This document shows, piece by piece, positions 1-9,229 of a DNA stretch of 64,000 nucleotides. Source of the DNA: Myxococcota bacterium (GTDB lineage Bacteria > Myxococcota_A > Polyangia > Nannocystales > Nannocystaceae); the NCBI GenBank assembly GCA_039028615.1, contig JBCCHT010000002.1:448001-512000 (forward strand). Reading direction: 5' to 3'. The position numbers were made by a program, and so were the translations under genes. Below the pieces are notes generated by a model. That model saw nothing but the letters and a program-made list of their open reading frames with translations, was not told where the DNA came from and searched no databases. Every line of letters begins with the position of its first letter. Within the stretch, counting starts at the first letter, position 1.

Positions 1-60
1 CAGATCGATCACGTCCCGGGCCACATGGTCGCGGTCGTCCGCCTCGAGGAAAACCGATGA
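1..60 (+). CDS. 3' end of a gene truncated by the window edge (...QIDHVPGHMVAVVRLEENR*)
   Basis: Open frame 1-60 ending in TGA; ATGA overlap with the ligase start at 57. Confidence 0.5.
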   Translation, partial: QIDHVPGHMVAVVRLEENR

Positions 61-872
61 GCCCCCTGCCTCTGCGCAAGTACCCACGAACCCGTCACCT
101 CCGCGGCTCGCGGCTCCAACCCGGCGACGAGGATCTCAGCGCGGCCCCCTACTCCGAGATCGAGGGTCGTCACCTCGTGGTCGAAGAGAAGCTCGACGGC
201 GCCAACGCGGGCGTGTGCTTCGACGAGGATGGGACCTTGCGTCTACAGAGCCGCGGCCACTACCTGACCGGGGGCTATCGCGAGCGCCACTTCGACTTGC
301 TCAAGACCTGGGCCAGCTGCCACCGCGACGCGCTGTGGCGTGCGCTCGGCTCTCGCTACGTGATGTACGGCGAGTGGCTCTACGCCAAGCACACCATCTT
401 CTACGACCGGCTGCCCTATTACTTCATGGAGTTCGACGTGCTCGACCGGCAGCGCGAGGTGTTCTTGTCGACGCCACGGCGACGCGAGCTGCTGGCCGGG
501 GCCCCGGTGGCGCCCGTGCCCGTCGTTCACGAAGGCACCACGCCCTCCATCGAAGCCCTGGCCGAGCGGGTGAAGCCCTCGCGGTACAAGAGCGACCGCT
601 GGCCGCAGCGCCTGCTCGAGGTGGCCGCGGGCGAGAAGCTCGACCCCAGCACCGTCGAACGCGAGACCGACCCGTCGCACCTCGCCGAGGGCCTGTACAT
701 CAAGGTCGAAGAGGATGGCGTCGTCCACGGCCGCTACAAGTGGGTCCGCGCCAGCTTCCTGACCTCGGTCGTCGACTCGGGCAGCCACTGGATCGACCGC
801 CCCATCGTGCCCAATCAGCTCGCGCCCGGGGTCGACCTGTACGCGCCCACGCTCGACGGCGACCGCTCGTGA
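57..872 (+). CDS. ATP-grasp RNA ligase family protein
   Basis: KYPRT at N-terminus, motif I EEKLDGAN, YGEW, FMEFDV, EGLYIK and RYKWV nucleotidyltransferase-type motifs. Confidence 0.85.
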   Translation: MSPLPLRKYPRTRHLRGSRLQPGDEDLSAAPYSEIEGRHLVVEEKLDGANAGVCFDEDGTLRLQSRGHYLTGGYRERHFDLLKTWASCHRDALWRALGSRYVMYGEWLYAKHTIFYDRLPYYFMEFDVLDRQREVFLSTPRRRELLAGAPVAPVPVVHEGTTPSIEALAERVKPSRYKSDRWPQRLLEVAAGEKLDPSTVERETDPSHLAEGLYIKVEEDGVVHGRYKWVRASFLTSVVDSGSHWIDRPIVPNQLAPGVDLYAPTLDGDRS

Positions 873-1996
873 ACGACGTCGCACGAGCCTTGCACCTGCC
901 CGCCGCGCCCCACTGGAGCGTGGACTGGGATGCACTCGACCGCGACTTCGAGTGGGTTCGTGCGATGCGAGGCTGCCCTCAGGACCCATACTTTCACGCC
1001 GAGGGTGACGTCTGGATCCACACCCGCATGGTCTGCGAAGAGATGGCCCTGCTCGCAGCGTTCCGTGACGCCGAGCCTGCGCTGCGGCTGCGCCTATTCG
1101 CCGCCGCGTTGTTGCACGACGTGGCCAAGCCTCGCTGTACGGTCGAGGAGGACGGCCGCATTCGATCGCCCGGGCACTCCCCGGCCGGCGCCCTCGATGC
1201 GCGGCGGATCCTGTGGCAGCTCGGACTGCCCCGCCCCGAACGGGAGGCCATCTGCGCGCTCATTCGCTACCACCAGGTGCCGTACCACTGGGCCTCGCGA
1301 CGCGACAGCCAACGCCTGGTGATTCGCCTGAGCCAGACGGCGGTGCTGCAGCACCTGAGCTGGCTCGCCGAGGCCGACCTGCGAGGCCGTCACTGCGACG
1401 ACCGAGCGGCGCAGCTCGAGAACAACGCGCTGTTTGCCGAGTATGTCGACGAGCTGGGCTGCTTGCAGGGTCCCTGGCCCTTCGCCAACGACCACGCCCG
1501 GCTCATGTTCTTTCGCCGCCCCGATCGCGACCCGCACTGGGAAGCCTTCGACGACACCCGATTTCGCGTCACGGTGATGAGCGGCCTGCCCGGGGCGGGC
1601 AAGAGCTCGTGGATCGCAGCCCATGCCGCCGATCAACCGATCATCGAGCTCGATGCGATCCGCCGCGAACTCGGCATCAGCCCGGCCGAGTCCCAGGGCA
1701 AGGTGATCGACGTCGCCCGCAGCCGAGCCCGCGAGCACCTGCGTCGCGACCAGCCCTTCGTGTGGGACGCGACCAGCCTGACTCGCTCCCTACGGGCCCG
1801 CATCGTCAACCTCGGGCTCGACTACGGCGCACGCGTTCGGGTGGTGCACGTCGAGGCCCCCGCCGACCTGCTCTTCGAGCGCAACCGAGACCGGCCCTAC
1901 CCCGTGCCGAATGCAGTGCTCGAGCGCATGATTCAGCGCTGGGATCCGCCCGACCCCACCGAGGCCCACGAGATCACGTTCGTGGACAACGACTAG
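869..1996 (+). CDS. HD-domain phosphohydrolase fused to P-loop polynucleotide kinase-like (AAA_33) domain
   Basis: GTG start in GTGA overlap with ligase stop; HAEGDVWIHT...LLHDVAKP...HS...YHQ...AD HD motifs; Walker A SGLPGAGKS; WDATSL; lid RNRDR. Confidence 0.85.
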   Translation: MNDVARALHLPAAPHWSVDWDALDRDFEWVRAMRGCPQDPYFHAEGDVWIHTRMVCEEMALLAAFRDAEPALRLRLFAAALLHDVAKPRCTVEEDGRIRSPGHSPAGALDARRILWQLGLPRPEREAICALIRYHQVPYHWASRRDSQRLVIRLSQTAVLQHLSWLAEADLRGRHCDDRAAQLENNALFAEYVDELGCLQGPWPFANDHARLMFFRRPDRDPHWEAFDDTRFRVTVMSGLPGAGKSSWIAAHAADQPIIELDAIRRELGISPAESQGKVIDVARSRAREHLRRDQPFVWDATSLTRSLRARIVNLGLDYGARVRVVHVEAPADLLFERNRDRPYPVPNAVLERMIQRWDPPDPTEAHEITFVDND

Positions 1997-2461
1997 CGCG
2001 AGGCGACCGCTTGCTCTCGACCCGCGATTCGCCAACGACCCCCTGCAAGTGGCCCGCAGTGGGCCGAATCCGGTCGAACGCAAAACGCTTCGCACCTCGG
2101 AGTTTTCGACGACCCGCCTCCGCTTCCGCCCGGCCTCACGCCCGCTCGGTCATGAGCCCGCCTGCGTTGCTTTCTTGAAGACAGCCCTCGCCGGGTACGA
2201 TAGTTTGGCCCGGTGCCGTGCCCCCTGCAGCTCAGAACGCGAATTCGCCGAGAGGCGTCGCTTCGCGTACCTGCGGGCCAATCTCGGCATCAGCACGCCC
2301 CCTTCCGCGGAGGGGTGGCACGGGCTCGAGCCCACCGCCCGGGGCTCGACGCGTCAGCCCGCGAGGCGACCGACCGAACCTGCGAACAACGAAGACCCCG
2401 CGCCGTCCGCTGCCATCCATGCGCAGCGCCGCACCAGCGCCCCTAGGGGAGGAACCAGCAC

Positions 2462-3577
2462 GTGGCCGACATCAGCATCGAAGTCAACGGAATGAAATTC
2501 AAAAACCCGTTCGTGATCGGGTCGGGCCCCCCGGGGACCAACTACAAGACGATCGCGAAGTCGTTCAAGTGCGGCTGGGGTGGAGTGGTAGCCAAGACCG
2601 TTGCGCTCGATGACACCCCCGTGGTCAACGTCGCCCCCCGCTATGGCAAGTGGCGTCACCCCCAGTTCCCCAACCCCAAGGGCAACCAAGACGTCATCGG
2701 CTTCCAGAACATCGAGCTGATCAGCGACCGGGGCATCACCGACTGGCTCCCCGAGTTCAAGCGGGCCAAGGACGACTTCCCCGAGGGCATCCTCATCGCA
2801 TCGCTGATGGAGAGCTACGAGAAGTCGCGCTGGCAGGACCTGGTCGGCCTGTGCGACGAGGCTGGCGTCGACGGCTTCGAGCTCAACTTCTCGTGCCCGC
2901 ACGGCCACCCCGAGACCAAGATGGGCGCCGCCATGGGTCAGAACCCCCCCATCGTGCAGGAGGTCACCGGCTGGTGCGTCGAAGCCACCAACAAGCCGGT
3001 GTGGGCCAAGATGACGCCCAACATCACCGACATCCGCACGCAGGCCCGGGCCGCCATCGCGGGCGGTGCTTCGGGCGTCGCCGCCATCAACACCATCCTC
3101 GCCGTCATCGGGGTCAACCTCGACACCCTGCGCCCCATGCCGACCGTCGAGGGGCACTCGACCCCCGGTGGCTATAGCTACTACGCGGTCAAGCCCATCG
3201 CGCTGCGCATGGTGAGCGAGATGATCCTCGACCAGCCCGACCTCACCGTGTCGGGCATCGGCGGGGTCGCGCATGCTCGCGACGCCATCGAGTTCCTGCT
3301 GCTGGGAGCCAAGACCGTTCAGGTCTGCACCGGGGTGATGATGCACGGCCACAAGATGGTCACCGGTCTCATCGAGGGCCTCGAGCAGTGGATGGACGAG
3401 AAGGGCTACGCCAACGTCACCGACTTCATCGGCGCGTCGCTGCCCTACTTCACGACCCACCACGATCTGGTCGAAAAACAGATCGCGGCCAAGCTCGAGA
3501 AGGCCGGCAAGTCCAAGCTCGACACCGAGTGGGACGAGAACATCGCCGAGCAGACCGACAACTTGACCACCAAGTAG
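2462..3577 (+). CDS. preA: Dihydropyrimidine dehydrogenase FMN subunit (PreA/PydA family), plant PYD1-like, with no C-terminal Fe-S domain
   Basis: NPFVIGSGPPGTN, NIELISDR, ELNFSCPHG, KMTPNITD, GIGGV, VQVCTGVM motifs; GGAGG SD before GTG. Confidence 0.88.
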   Translation: MADISIEVNGMKFKNPFVIGSGPPGTNYKTIAKSFKCGWGGVVAKTVALDDTPVVNVAPRYGKWRHPQFPNPKGNQDVIGFQNIELISDRGITDWLPEFKRAKDDFPEGILIASLMESYEKSRWQDLVGLCDEAGVDGFELNFSCPHGHPETKMGAAMGQNPPIVQEVTGWCVEATNKPVWAKMTPNITDIRTQARAAIAGGASGVAAINTILAVIGVNLDTLRPMPTVEGHSTPGGYSYYAVKPIALRMVSEMILDQPDLTVSGIGGVAHARDAIEFLLLGAKTVQVCTGVMMHGHKMVTGLIEGLEQWMDEKGYANVTDFIGASLPYFTTHHDLVEKQIAAKLEKAGKSKLDTEWDENIAEQTDNLTTK

Positions 3578-3596
3578 TCGAGGCGTTCGTTCGACC

Positions 3597-3632
3597 AAAA
3601 GCGCCTTGCGGTGGACACCGCACGGCGCTTTT
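3597..3632. terminator. Bidirectional intrinsic terminator
   Basis: AAAA-GCGCC.TGCGGTG-GA-CACCGCA.GGCGC-TTTT. Confidence 0.75.
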
Positions 3633-3689
3633 GTATTGGGCCTCTCCTGCGGCGGCTCCGCCGATGTTGCGACTCAGCCAGGGAACCTC

Positions 3690-3818
3690 TTACTCGTTCA
3701 TGAAATTGATGAGCGTCTTCAGTTCGAAACTCACGGGTGTACCGCACACGGAGCACTGGCCTGCCGGTGTTTCGCCGCGATCACAACGATCGGCAGTTAT
3801 CGGGGCTAGGAATGCCAT
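3690..3818 (-). CDS. Putative 42-aa Cys-containing microprotein (MAFLAPITADRCDRGETPAGQCSVCGTPVSFELKTLINFMNE)
   Basis: Hand-translated, below the ORF track cutoff; AGGAGGTGATC SD (3820-3830) directly upstream; terminator downstream. Confidence 0.5.
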   Translation of the reverse strand: MAFLAPITADRCDRGETPAGQCSVCGTPVSFELKTLINFMNE

Positions 3819-3881
3819 CGATCACCTCCTCGAAGTGAGCGAGGCGCGCCGGGTGGACGTTTCCGCGCCGTATCCGCATCG

Positions 3882-3910
3882 TTGATATTGAAAATTACTT
3901 TCAGTATAAG
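3882..3910 (+). promoter_or_regulatory. Sigma70-type promoter overlapped by a Fur-like box
   Basis: TTGATA (3882-3887), 17 nt, TATAAG (3905-3910); GATATTGAAAATTACTTTC (3884-3902) matches the Fur consensus GATAATGATAATCATTATC at 14/19. Confidence 0.7.
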
Positions 3911-3916
3911 CCGCCC

Positions 3917-5401
3917 ATGACCATTCGTGGCCTCCAACTCTCGTCCCTCGTGCTGACCATGGCCCTCGCCGGCTCCGTTGGTTGCCCGTCGGACGATGGC
4001 AATGATGACGATGCGGGCGCGGACGGAACCGACGGCGGCTCCGCGGTCGAGCACAACCTCGAGCAGCTTCAGCAGGTGCTCCAGACGAACGCCGACATTG
4101 CCTTCGCCGCGTACTCCGACTCGGTGACCACCGCCGAGCAGCTGTCGGCGGCCATCGACGCTCTCGTTGCCGATCCCACCGATCAAAACCTCACCGCGGC
4201 CAAGAGCGCCTGGCTCGTCGCCCGTGAACCCTACGGACAGACCGAGGTCTACCGCTTCCGCGCCAGCCCCATCGACGACACCAACTACGACGCCTCCGAC
4301 GACGAAGACGGCCCCGAAGGCGACATCAACGCCTGGCCGCTCGGCGAGGGCCTGATCGACTACGTCGTGACCGGCACCGACTTCGGTGACGATCAGGTCA
4401 ACGTCTCGGGCCACCAGACCGGCGTCGCCGACCCGATCCCCGACAACAACATCATCAACTCGGTCGACATCACCATCGACGAGGCGCTCATCTCCAACAC
4501 CGCGACCGCGGAGGACGAGCACGACGTCATCGCGGGCTACCACGCGATCGAGTTCCTCCTTTGGGGTCAGGACCTCAACGCCGACGGCAGCGCCGACACC
4601 ATCGACAGCCGCGACGGAACCCCGGGGCAGCGCCCCGTCACCGACTTCGCGCTCGACGAGACCTGCACCAGCGGCGACGTCGTCAACGGCGACCCCACGC
4701 TGTGCCAGCGCCGTGGCCTGTACCTGCAGGTCGCCGTGGCCAAGCTCATCGCCGACCTCACCCAGGTGCGCGATGGCTGGGCCGAGGGCGCCGAGTACCG
4801 CACCGCCTTCACCACCGCGGACGACGTCGACACGGCCAAGGCCAAGCTGCTCGAGATCCTCGTGGGCATGGGCACCCTGTCCGAGGGCGAGCTCGCGGGC
4901 GAGCGCATGCAGATCGCGCTGTCGGCCAACTCGCAGGAGGACGAGCACTCGTGCTTCGCCGACAACACGCACCGTGACATCTGGCTCAACGCCGAGGGTG
5001 TCTCGAACTCGTACTTCGGCGACTACGCCGGCTACGACAGCACGCTGGACGGCAGCGACAACGAGACCGGCAACGCGGTCAGCGGCTACGGCATCGACGA
5101 CTACCTCACCGACCTCGGACTCACCGACCTGGAGAGCGCCGTGTCGGGGGCCCTGGCCACCACCGAGACCAACTACAACGCCATCGACGCCCTCTCTCGC
5201 GGGGGATCGCCGGTCGACGTACAGATCCTCGACGCCACGGCCGACACGGCCGCCGCCATGCGCGATACGATCATCTCGCTGAACGCCCAGTCCGCCCAGA
5301 TCGCCAGCATCGCGGTCGAGCTGGACGTCGGTTCGGCCGAGGACGTGGTCGACCCCGAGGCATCGGAGTGTGATACCACCGATCCCACGGCCGAGTGCTA
5401 G
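3917..5401 (+). CDS. Imelysin-family (IrpA/IcmP-like) iron-regulated lipoprotein
   Basis: Lipobox SVGC; AWLVAREPYGQTEVYRF, INAWPLGEGLIDYV, GYHAIEFLLWGQD (GxHxxE), GELAGERM, EDEHSCFADNT. Confidence 0.9.
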   Translation: MTIRGLQLSSLVLTMALAGSVGCPSDDGNDDDAGADGTDGGSAVEHNLEQLQQVLQTNADIAFAAYSDSVTTAEQLSAAIDALVADPTDQNLTAAKSAWLVAREPYGQTEVYRFRASPIDDTNYDASDDEDGPEGDINAWPLGEGLIDYVVTGTDFGDDQVNVSGHQTGVADPIPDNNIINSVDITIDEALISNTATAEDEHDVIAGYHAIEFLLWGQDLNADGSADTIDSRDGTPGQRPVTDFALDETCTSGDVVNGDPTLCQRRGLYLQVAVAKLIADLTQVRDGWAEGAEYRTAFTTADDVDTAKAKLLEILVGMGTLSEGELAGERMQIALSANSQEDEHSCFADNTHRDIWLNAEGVSNSYFGDYAGYDSTLDGSDNETGNAVSGYGIDDYLTDLGLTDLESAVSGALATTETNYNAIDALSRGGSPVDVQILDATADTAAAMRDTIISLNAQSAQIASIAVELDVGSAEDVVDPEASECDTTDPTAEC

Positions 5402-6966
5402 ACGACGACCATGACGACGGCGCGGCGAGTCACCCCACGACTCGCCGCGACGGACCCCACCACGACGAGACCCCCGCCCTGCGACGGCGGTGGGTCTCGT
5501 TCCTGATTTCGTGCGCCCTCGGCTCGGCGGCGTGCTCGAGCGCCAAGGAAGAGAAGCCCGAAGCCGCGCCTGCGCCCGAGACGGCCGACCCCGCTCCGGT
5601 GCAGGGAACCCGGCCCGGCGGCGACACGAGCATCGCGATAGGCCCGAGCCCCTCGCTGGTGCAGCCCGCCGCCAACCTCGACGACGACGCCAAGAGCCGG
5701 TTCTACGCGGGCAAGGCCCTCGCGACTCAGCCCTGGGTACGGGCCCCCACGCAGACTGACGCCCGCGATGGCCTCGGCCCCGTCTACAACGCGCGGACCT
5801 GCCTCGGGTGCCACATCAAGGGCGGGCGCGGTCCGACCGCGAGCCGCGAAGACGAGCCGCTGCTCGCGTCCCTCGTTCGCCTGAGCCTGCCCGGGCGGGG
5901 GCCGCACGGCGAGCCGATTCCCGAGCCGGTGTACGGCACCCAACTCCAGCCGCAGTCGACGTCGCTCGGCCACCAGCTCCGAGGGCACGCGAGCGCCGAT
6001 GCGGTCAAGGACCTCGGCCCCGCCCCCGAGGCGCAGGCGTTCATCCGCTGGACGACAGTGCCGTTCCAGTATCCCGACGGGAAGACCGTGGAGCTGCGTG
6101 AACCCACGCTCGAGCTTCGCGAGCTCGGCTACGGCGCTCTGAATCCCGAGACCCGCAAAGGCATACGCCACACCCCCTCGCTGGCCGGCGTCGGCCTGCT
6201 CGAGCTGGTGGACCAGGCGGACATCGACCGCCACGCCGACCCCGACGACCGCGACGGCGACGGCATCTCCGGTCGCGTGAACCGAGTCTGGGATCCGGAG
6301 TCGAAATCGGAGCGCCCCGGGCGCTTCGGTCTCAAGGCCAACCAGCCCAGCGTGCGCGTTCAGGTGGCGGGCGCGTTCTCGGGAGACATCGGCATCACCA
6401 GCCCCGTGTTCCCGCAGCAGCCGTGCACCGAGCGACAGCCGCGCTGCCTCGCCGCACCCAGTGGGGCCGACGCCGACGGCGTGGAGATTTCCGAAGAGCT
6501 CCTGGAGCTGGTGGTGTTCTTCAACATGTCGATCGCCGTGCCCGAGCGGCGCAAGCCCACGCACCCGAAGGTCGTGCGAGGCCAAGCCCTGTTCGAGGAT
6601 GCCGGCTGCGGAAGCTGCCACACCCCGCACTACGTCACCGGATCCGACCCCGCCTATCCGCACCTGTCGACGCAGGACATCTGGCCCTATACCGACATGC
6701 TGTTGCACGACATGGGCGCTGGCCTCGCCGACGGCCGCGAGGACTTCCTCGCGACCGGCTCCGAGTGGCGAACTCCTCCGCTGTGGTCGGTCGGTCTGGC
6801 TAGAGCCATGCACGACGACGTGGGATTCCTGCACGACGGCCGGGCACGCACGGTAGAAGAAGCTATTGTCTGGCACGATGGCGAGGGCCGACGAAGCCGT
6901 GATCGCTTCTCGGCGCTCAGCGAGGCCGACCGCCGCAGCCTCGTCGCCTTCGTGAGATCGCTATGA
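5395..6966 (+). CDS. Di-heme oxidoreductase (DHOR/DUF1111) lipoprotein; start uncertain
   Basis: CLGCH and CGSCH heme motifs; DGLGPVYN, DPDDRDGDGISGR, PYTDMLLHDMG, EWRTPPLW, FLHDGRART. Confidence 0.88.
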   Translation: MLDDDHDDGAASHPTTRRDGPHHDETPALRRRWVSFLISCALGSAACSSAKEEKPEAAPAPETADPAPVQGTRPGGDTSIAIGPSPSLVQPAANLDDDAKSRFYAGKALATQPWVRAPTQTDARDGLGPVYNARTCLGCHIKGGRGPTASREDEPLLASLVRLSLPGRGPHGEPIPEPVYGTQLQPQSTSLGHQLRGHASADAVKDLGPAPEAQAFIRWTTVPFQYPDGKTVELREPTLELRELGYGALNPETRKGIRHTPSLAGVGLLELVDQADIDRHADPDDRDGDGISGRVNRVWDPESKSERPGRFGLKANQPSVRVQVAGAFSGDIGITSPVFPQQPCTERQPRCLAAPSGADADGVEISEELLELVVFFNMSIAVPERRKPTHPKVVRGQALFEDAGCGSCHTPHYVTGSDPAYPHLSTQDIWPYTDMLLHDMGAGLADGREDFLATGSEWRTPPLWSVGLARAMHDDVGFLHDGRARTVEEAIVWHDGEGRRSRDRFSALSEADRRSLVAFVRSL

Positions 6967-8114
6967 GCCCGGCACTCCCCTCGTGGTCGCTATCCCGTCG
7001 TCGGTTCCTCGCGAGCCTCGGCACGGTGATGGCAGCCCCCGCGGGGATCGGCTGTGACGCGAGCCCGACGGCGGAGCGATGGGTCTCGGCGCAAGGAGAC
7101 AGCGACGAGACCTACGGCCTGGTGATCGCCGAGCCGGGTGGCTCCTCCACCACGGTGCGCAGCGGGTTTCGAGGCCACGCGATGGCCCACCACCCCTCGG
7201 ACGGAAGCCGCGTGGTGATGTTCGGCCGTCGACCGGGTCAGTTCGGCATCGTCGTCGACATCGACCGCGCCCGAGTGGTGCAGCGCTTCGAGTGCACGCC
7301 CCATCGCCGCTTCGCGGGCCACGGTTGCTTCGATGCCGACGGCACTCGGCTACTTACGGTAGAGGCCGACATCGAGACGGGGGCCGGGATCGTGGCGGTC
7401 CGCGATGCCGCCACGCTCGAGGTCGTTCGCGAGATCGAGACCCACGGCATCGGCCCCCACGAGATCGTGCTCATGCCCGACGGGCGCACGCTCGCGGTGG
7501 CCAATGGCGGCATCCTGACCCGCCCCGAGACCGGCGCCGACAAGCTCAACCTCGACACCATGCGCTCGACGCTGGTCTACCTCGATCTCGACTCGGGCCA
7601 GGTCCTCGACGAGCAAGGCGTCCTCGAGCCCAAGGCCAGCCTTCGGCACCTCGCGGTCGCCGACGACGGCACCGTGGTGGTGGTGATGCAGATCCAGCGC
7701 GAGGCCCTCGAGGACGACGAGCCCCGCCCGCTCATCGCCGTGCATCATCCCGGGCAGAGCCTCGAGCCCTTTACGGACGGGCTCGAGCTGTCCACCGCCA
7801 TGCAAGACTACGCCGCGAGCGTGGCCGTGGACGACCACGCGCGCATCGCCGCCGTGCCGAGCCCTCGCGGCAACCTGGTCGGCTTCTGGCACATCGACAC
7901 GGGCGCGTGGGTGGGGCAGCACGCCTTCGACGACGTCAGCGGCGTCACCGTGTCTGCCGAGCACGGGTGCTTCGTGCTCAGCGGCTCCGGGGGCCAAGTA
8001 CGGCTCATCGATACCGAGACCCTCGCCGAAGCCACCGCGGCTCGAGAGCGCTTCTCCGACGTCCGCTGGGACAACCACCTGCTCGCGATCTCCCCCCTCA
8101 CTGCGCTCACGTAG
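6963..8114 (+). CDS. DUF1513-family beta-propeller with Tat signal
   Basis: SRRRFL Tat motif; GRRPG, FAGHGCF, GIGPHE, VANGGI, KLNLDTM, SLRHLA, PSPRGN, WDNHL. Confidence 0.85.
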   Translation: MSPALPSWSLSRRRFLASLGTVMAAPAGIGCDASPTAERWVSAQGDSDETYGLVIAEPGGSSTTVRSGFRGHAMAHHPSDGSRVVMFGRRPGQFGIVVDIDRARVVQRFECTPHRRFAGHGCFDADGTRLLTVEADIETGAGIVAVRDAATLEVVREIETHGIGPHEIVLMPDGRTLAVANGGILTRPETGADKLNLDTMRSTLVYLDLDSGQVLDEQGVLEPKASLRHLAVADDGTVVVVMQIQREALEDDEPRPLIAVHHPGQSLEPFTDGLELSTAMQDYAASVAVDDHARIAAVPSPRGNLVGFWHIDTGAWVGQHAFDDVSGVTVSAEHGCFVLSGSGGQVRLIDTETLAEATAARERFSDVRWDNHLLAISPLTALT

Positions 8115-8121
8115 GTTCACC

Positions 8122-9225
8122 GTGACCACTCCACGCCCTTGCCCTCCCTCTCGAACGAAGCCCGACGTCCGCCGCTGGCTGGGGGCGGTGGTGCTCGCCC
8201 TCGCCGCGTGCTCGACCGATTCCGGCGGCGACTCCGACCTCCCCTCCGGTCTCGAGGTCATGGAGAACACGGTCGACAACACCATCGTGCCCGACATCGG
8301 CCGCTTTCGTGGGAGTGCGGAGGGCATGCAGGGACAGGTCGACGCGTTCTGCTCCGCGCCGAGCGTGGACGCCCTGGGCGAGGTGCAGACCGGCTGGCGC
8401 TCGCTCTCCGAGGCCTGGAACGCGGTCGCCCCCTACAACCTGGGGCCGCTCGACGACGACTTCATCACGCCGAAGATCATCTTCTTCGAGTCGATGCGGC
8501 AGCGGGGCACCGACTACACCCAGACGGTTCGTGATGAAATTGCGCTCGGTGTCGGGGGTACCGAGACCCTCGACGCCGCGTACTTCGAGGGGCTCACCTT
8601 CAACAAGGTCGGCTTGCTCGCGCTCGAGGTCCTGGCGTTCGAGAACGCCACCGCCGAGTCCCTCGAGCCCAGCGACATCGTGGCCGACTACGAGGCCGAG
8701 CCCCGCCGCTGCGAGTACTTGCAGGGGATCATCGGGCGGCTGACCACCCAGGCGGTCGAGCTCGAGACGGAGTGGACCGACGCGTTCGCCGAGGGCGAGG
8801 CGTTCCGCGACTCCATGCTGGAGAACACCCTGGAAGACGGCGCACAGCCAGTCGTCGCCCTGCTCATCGCGCTGCAGGACCACCTGCTGTACATCAAGGA
8901 TCGCAAGCTCGAAGGCATCCTCGACGCGCAGCTGTCCGGGCATTTTTATCCCAACGTCGCCGCCACCCTCGATGCCCTCGAGCACCTGCTCGTGCAGCCG
9001 ATGCCCGAAGACGCGGTGGGCATCCTGGACTTCATGGCCGCGCGGGGCCTCGAGGCCGACGTCGCGACGGTGGAAGCCAACCTCGCCATGGCCAAGGACG
9101 CCGCCGCCAACGAGGATCGCGAGGCGCTCATCACCGCCATTGGCCTGCTCGAGGGCAACATCAAGCGCGAGATCCCCGATGGCCTCGGGGTCGACCTCGG
9201 GCTGAACTTCTCGGACGGAGACTAG
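8122..9225 (+). CDS. Second imelysin-family lipoprotein
   Basis: Lipobox LAAC; GLLALEVL; C-terminal LGVDLGLNFSDGD typical of the partner imelysin. Confidence 0.8.
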   Translation: MTTPRPCPPSRTKPDVRRWLGAVVLALAACSTDSGGDSDLPSGLEVMENTVDNTIVPDIGRFRGSAEGMQGQVDAFCSAPSVDALGEVQTGWRSLSEAWNAVAPYNLGPLDDDFITPKIIFFESMRQRGTDYTQTVRDEIALGVGGTETLDAAYFEGLTFNKVGLLALEVLAFENATAESLEPSDIVADYEAEPRRCEYLQGIIGRLTTQAVELETEWTDAFAEGEAFRDSMLENTLEDGAQPVVALLIALQDHLLYIKDRKLEGILDAQLSGHFYPNVAATLDALEHLLVQPMPEDAVGILDFMAARGLEADVATVEANLAMAKDAAANEDREALITAIGLLEGNIKREIPDGLGVDLGLNFSDGD

Positions 9226-9229
9226 CGCC

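Noticed and set aside
215..868. N-terminal extension of the 593-aa ORF
   Set aside because: Arg/Ala-rich off-frame read of the ligase gene; the real start is GTG 869
3820..3830. GATCACCTCCT identical to the 16S rRNA 3' end
   Set aside because: No flanking rRNA sequence; better explained as a minus-strand Shine-Dalgarno site
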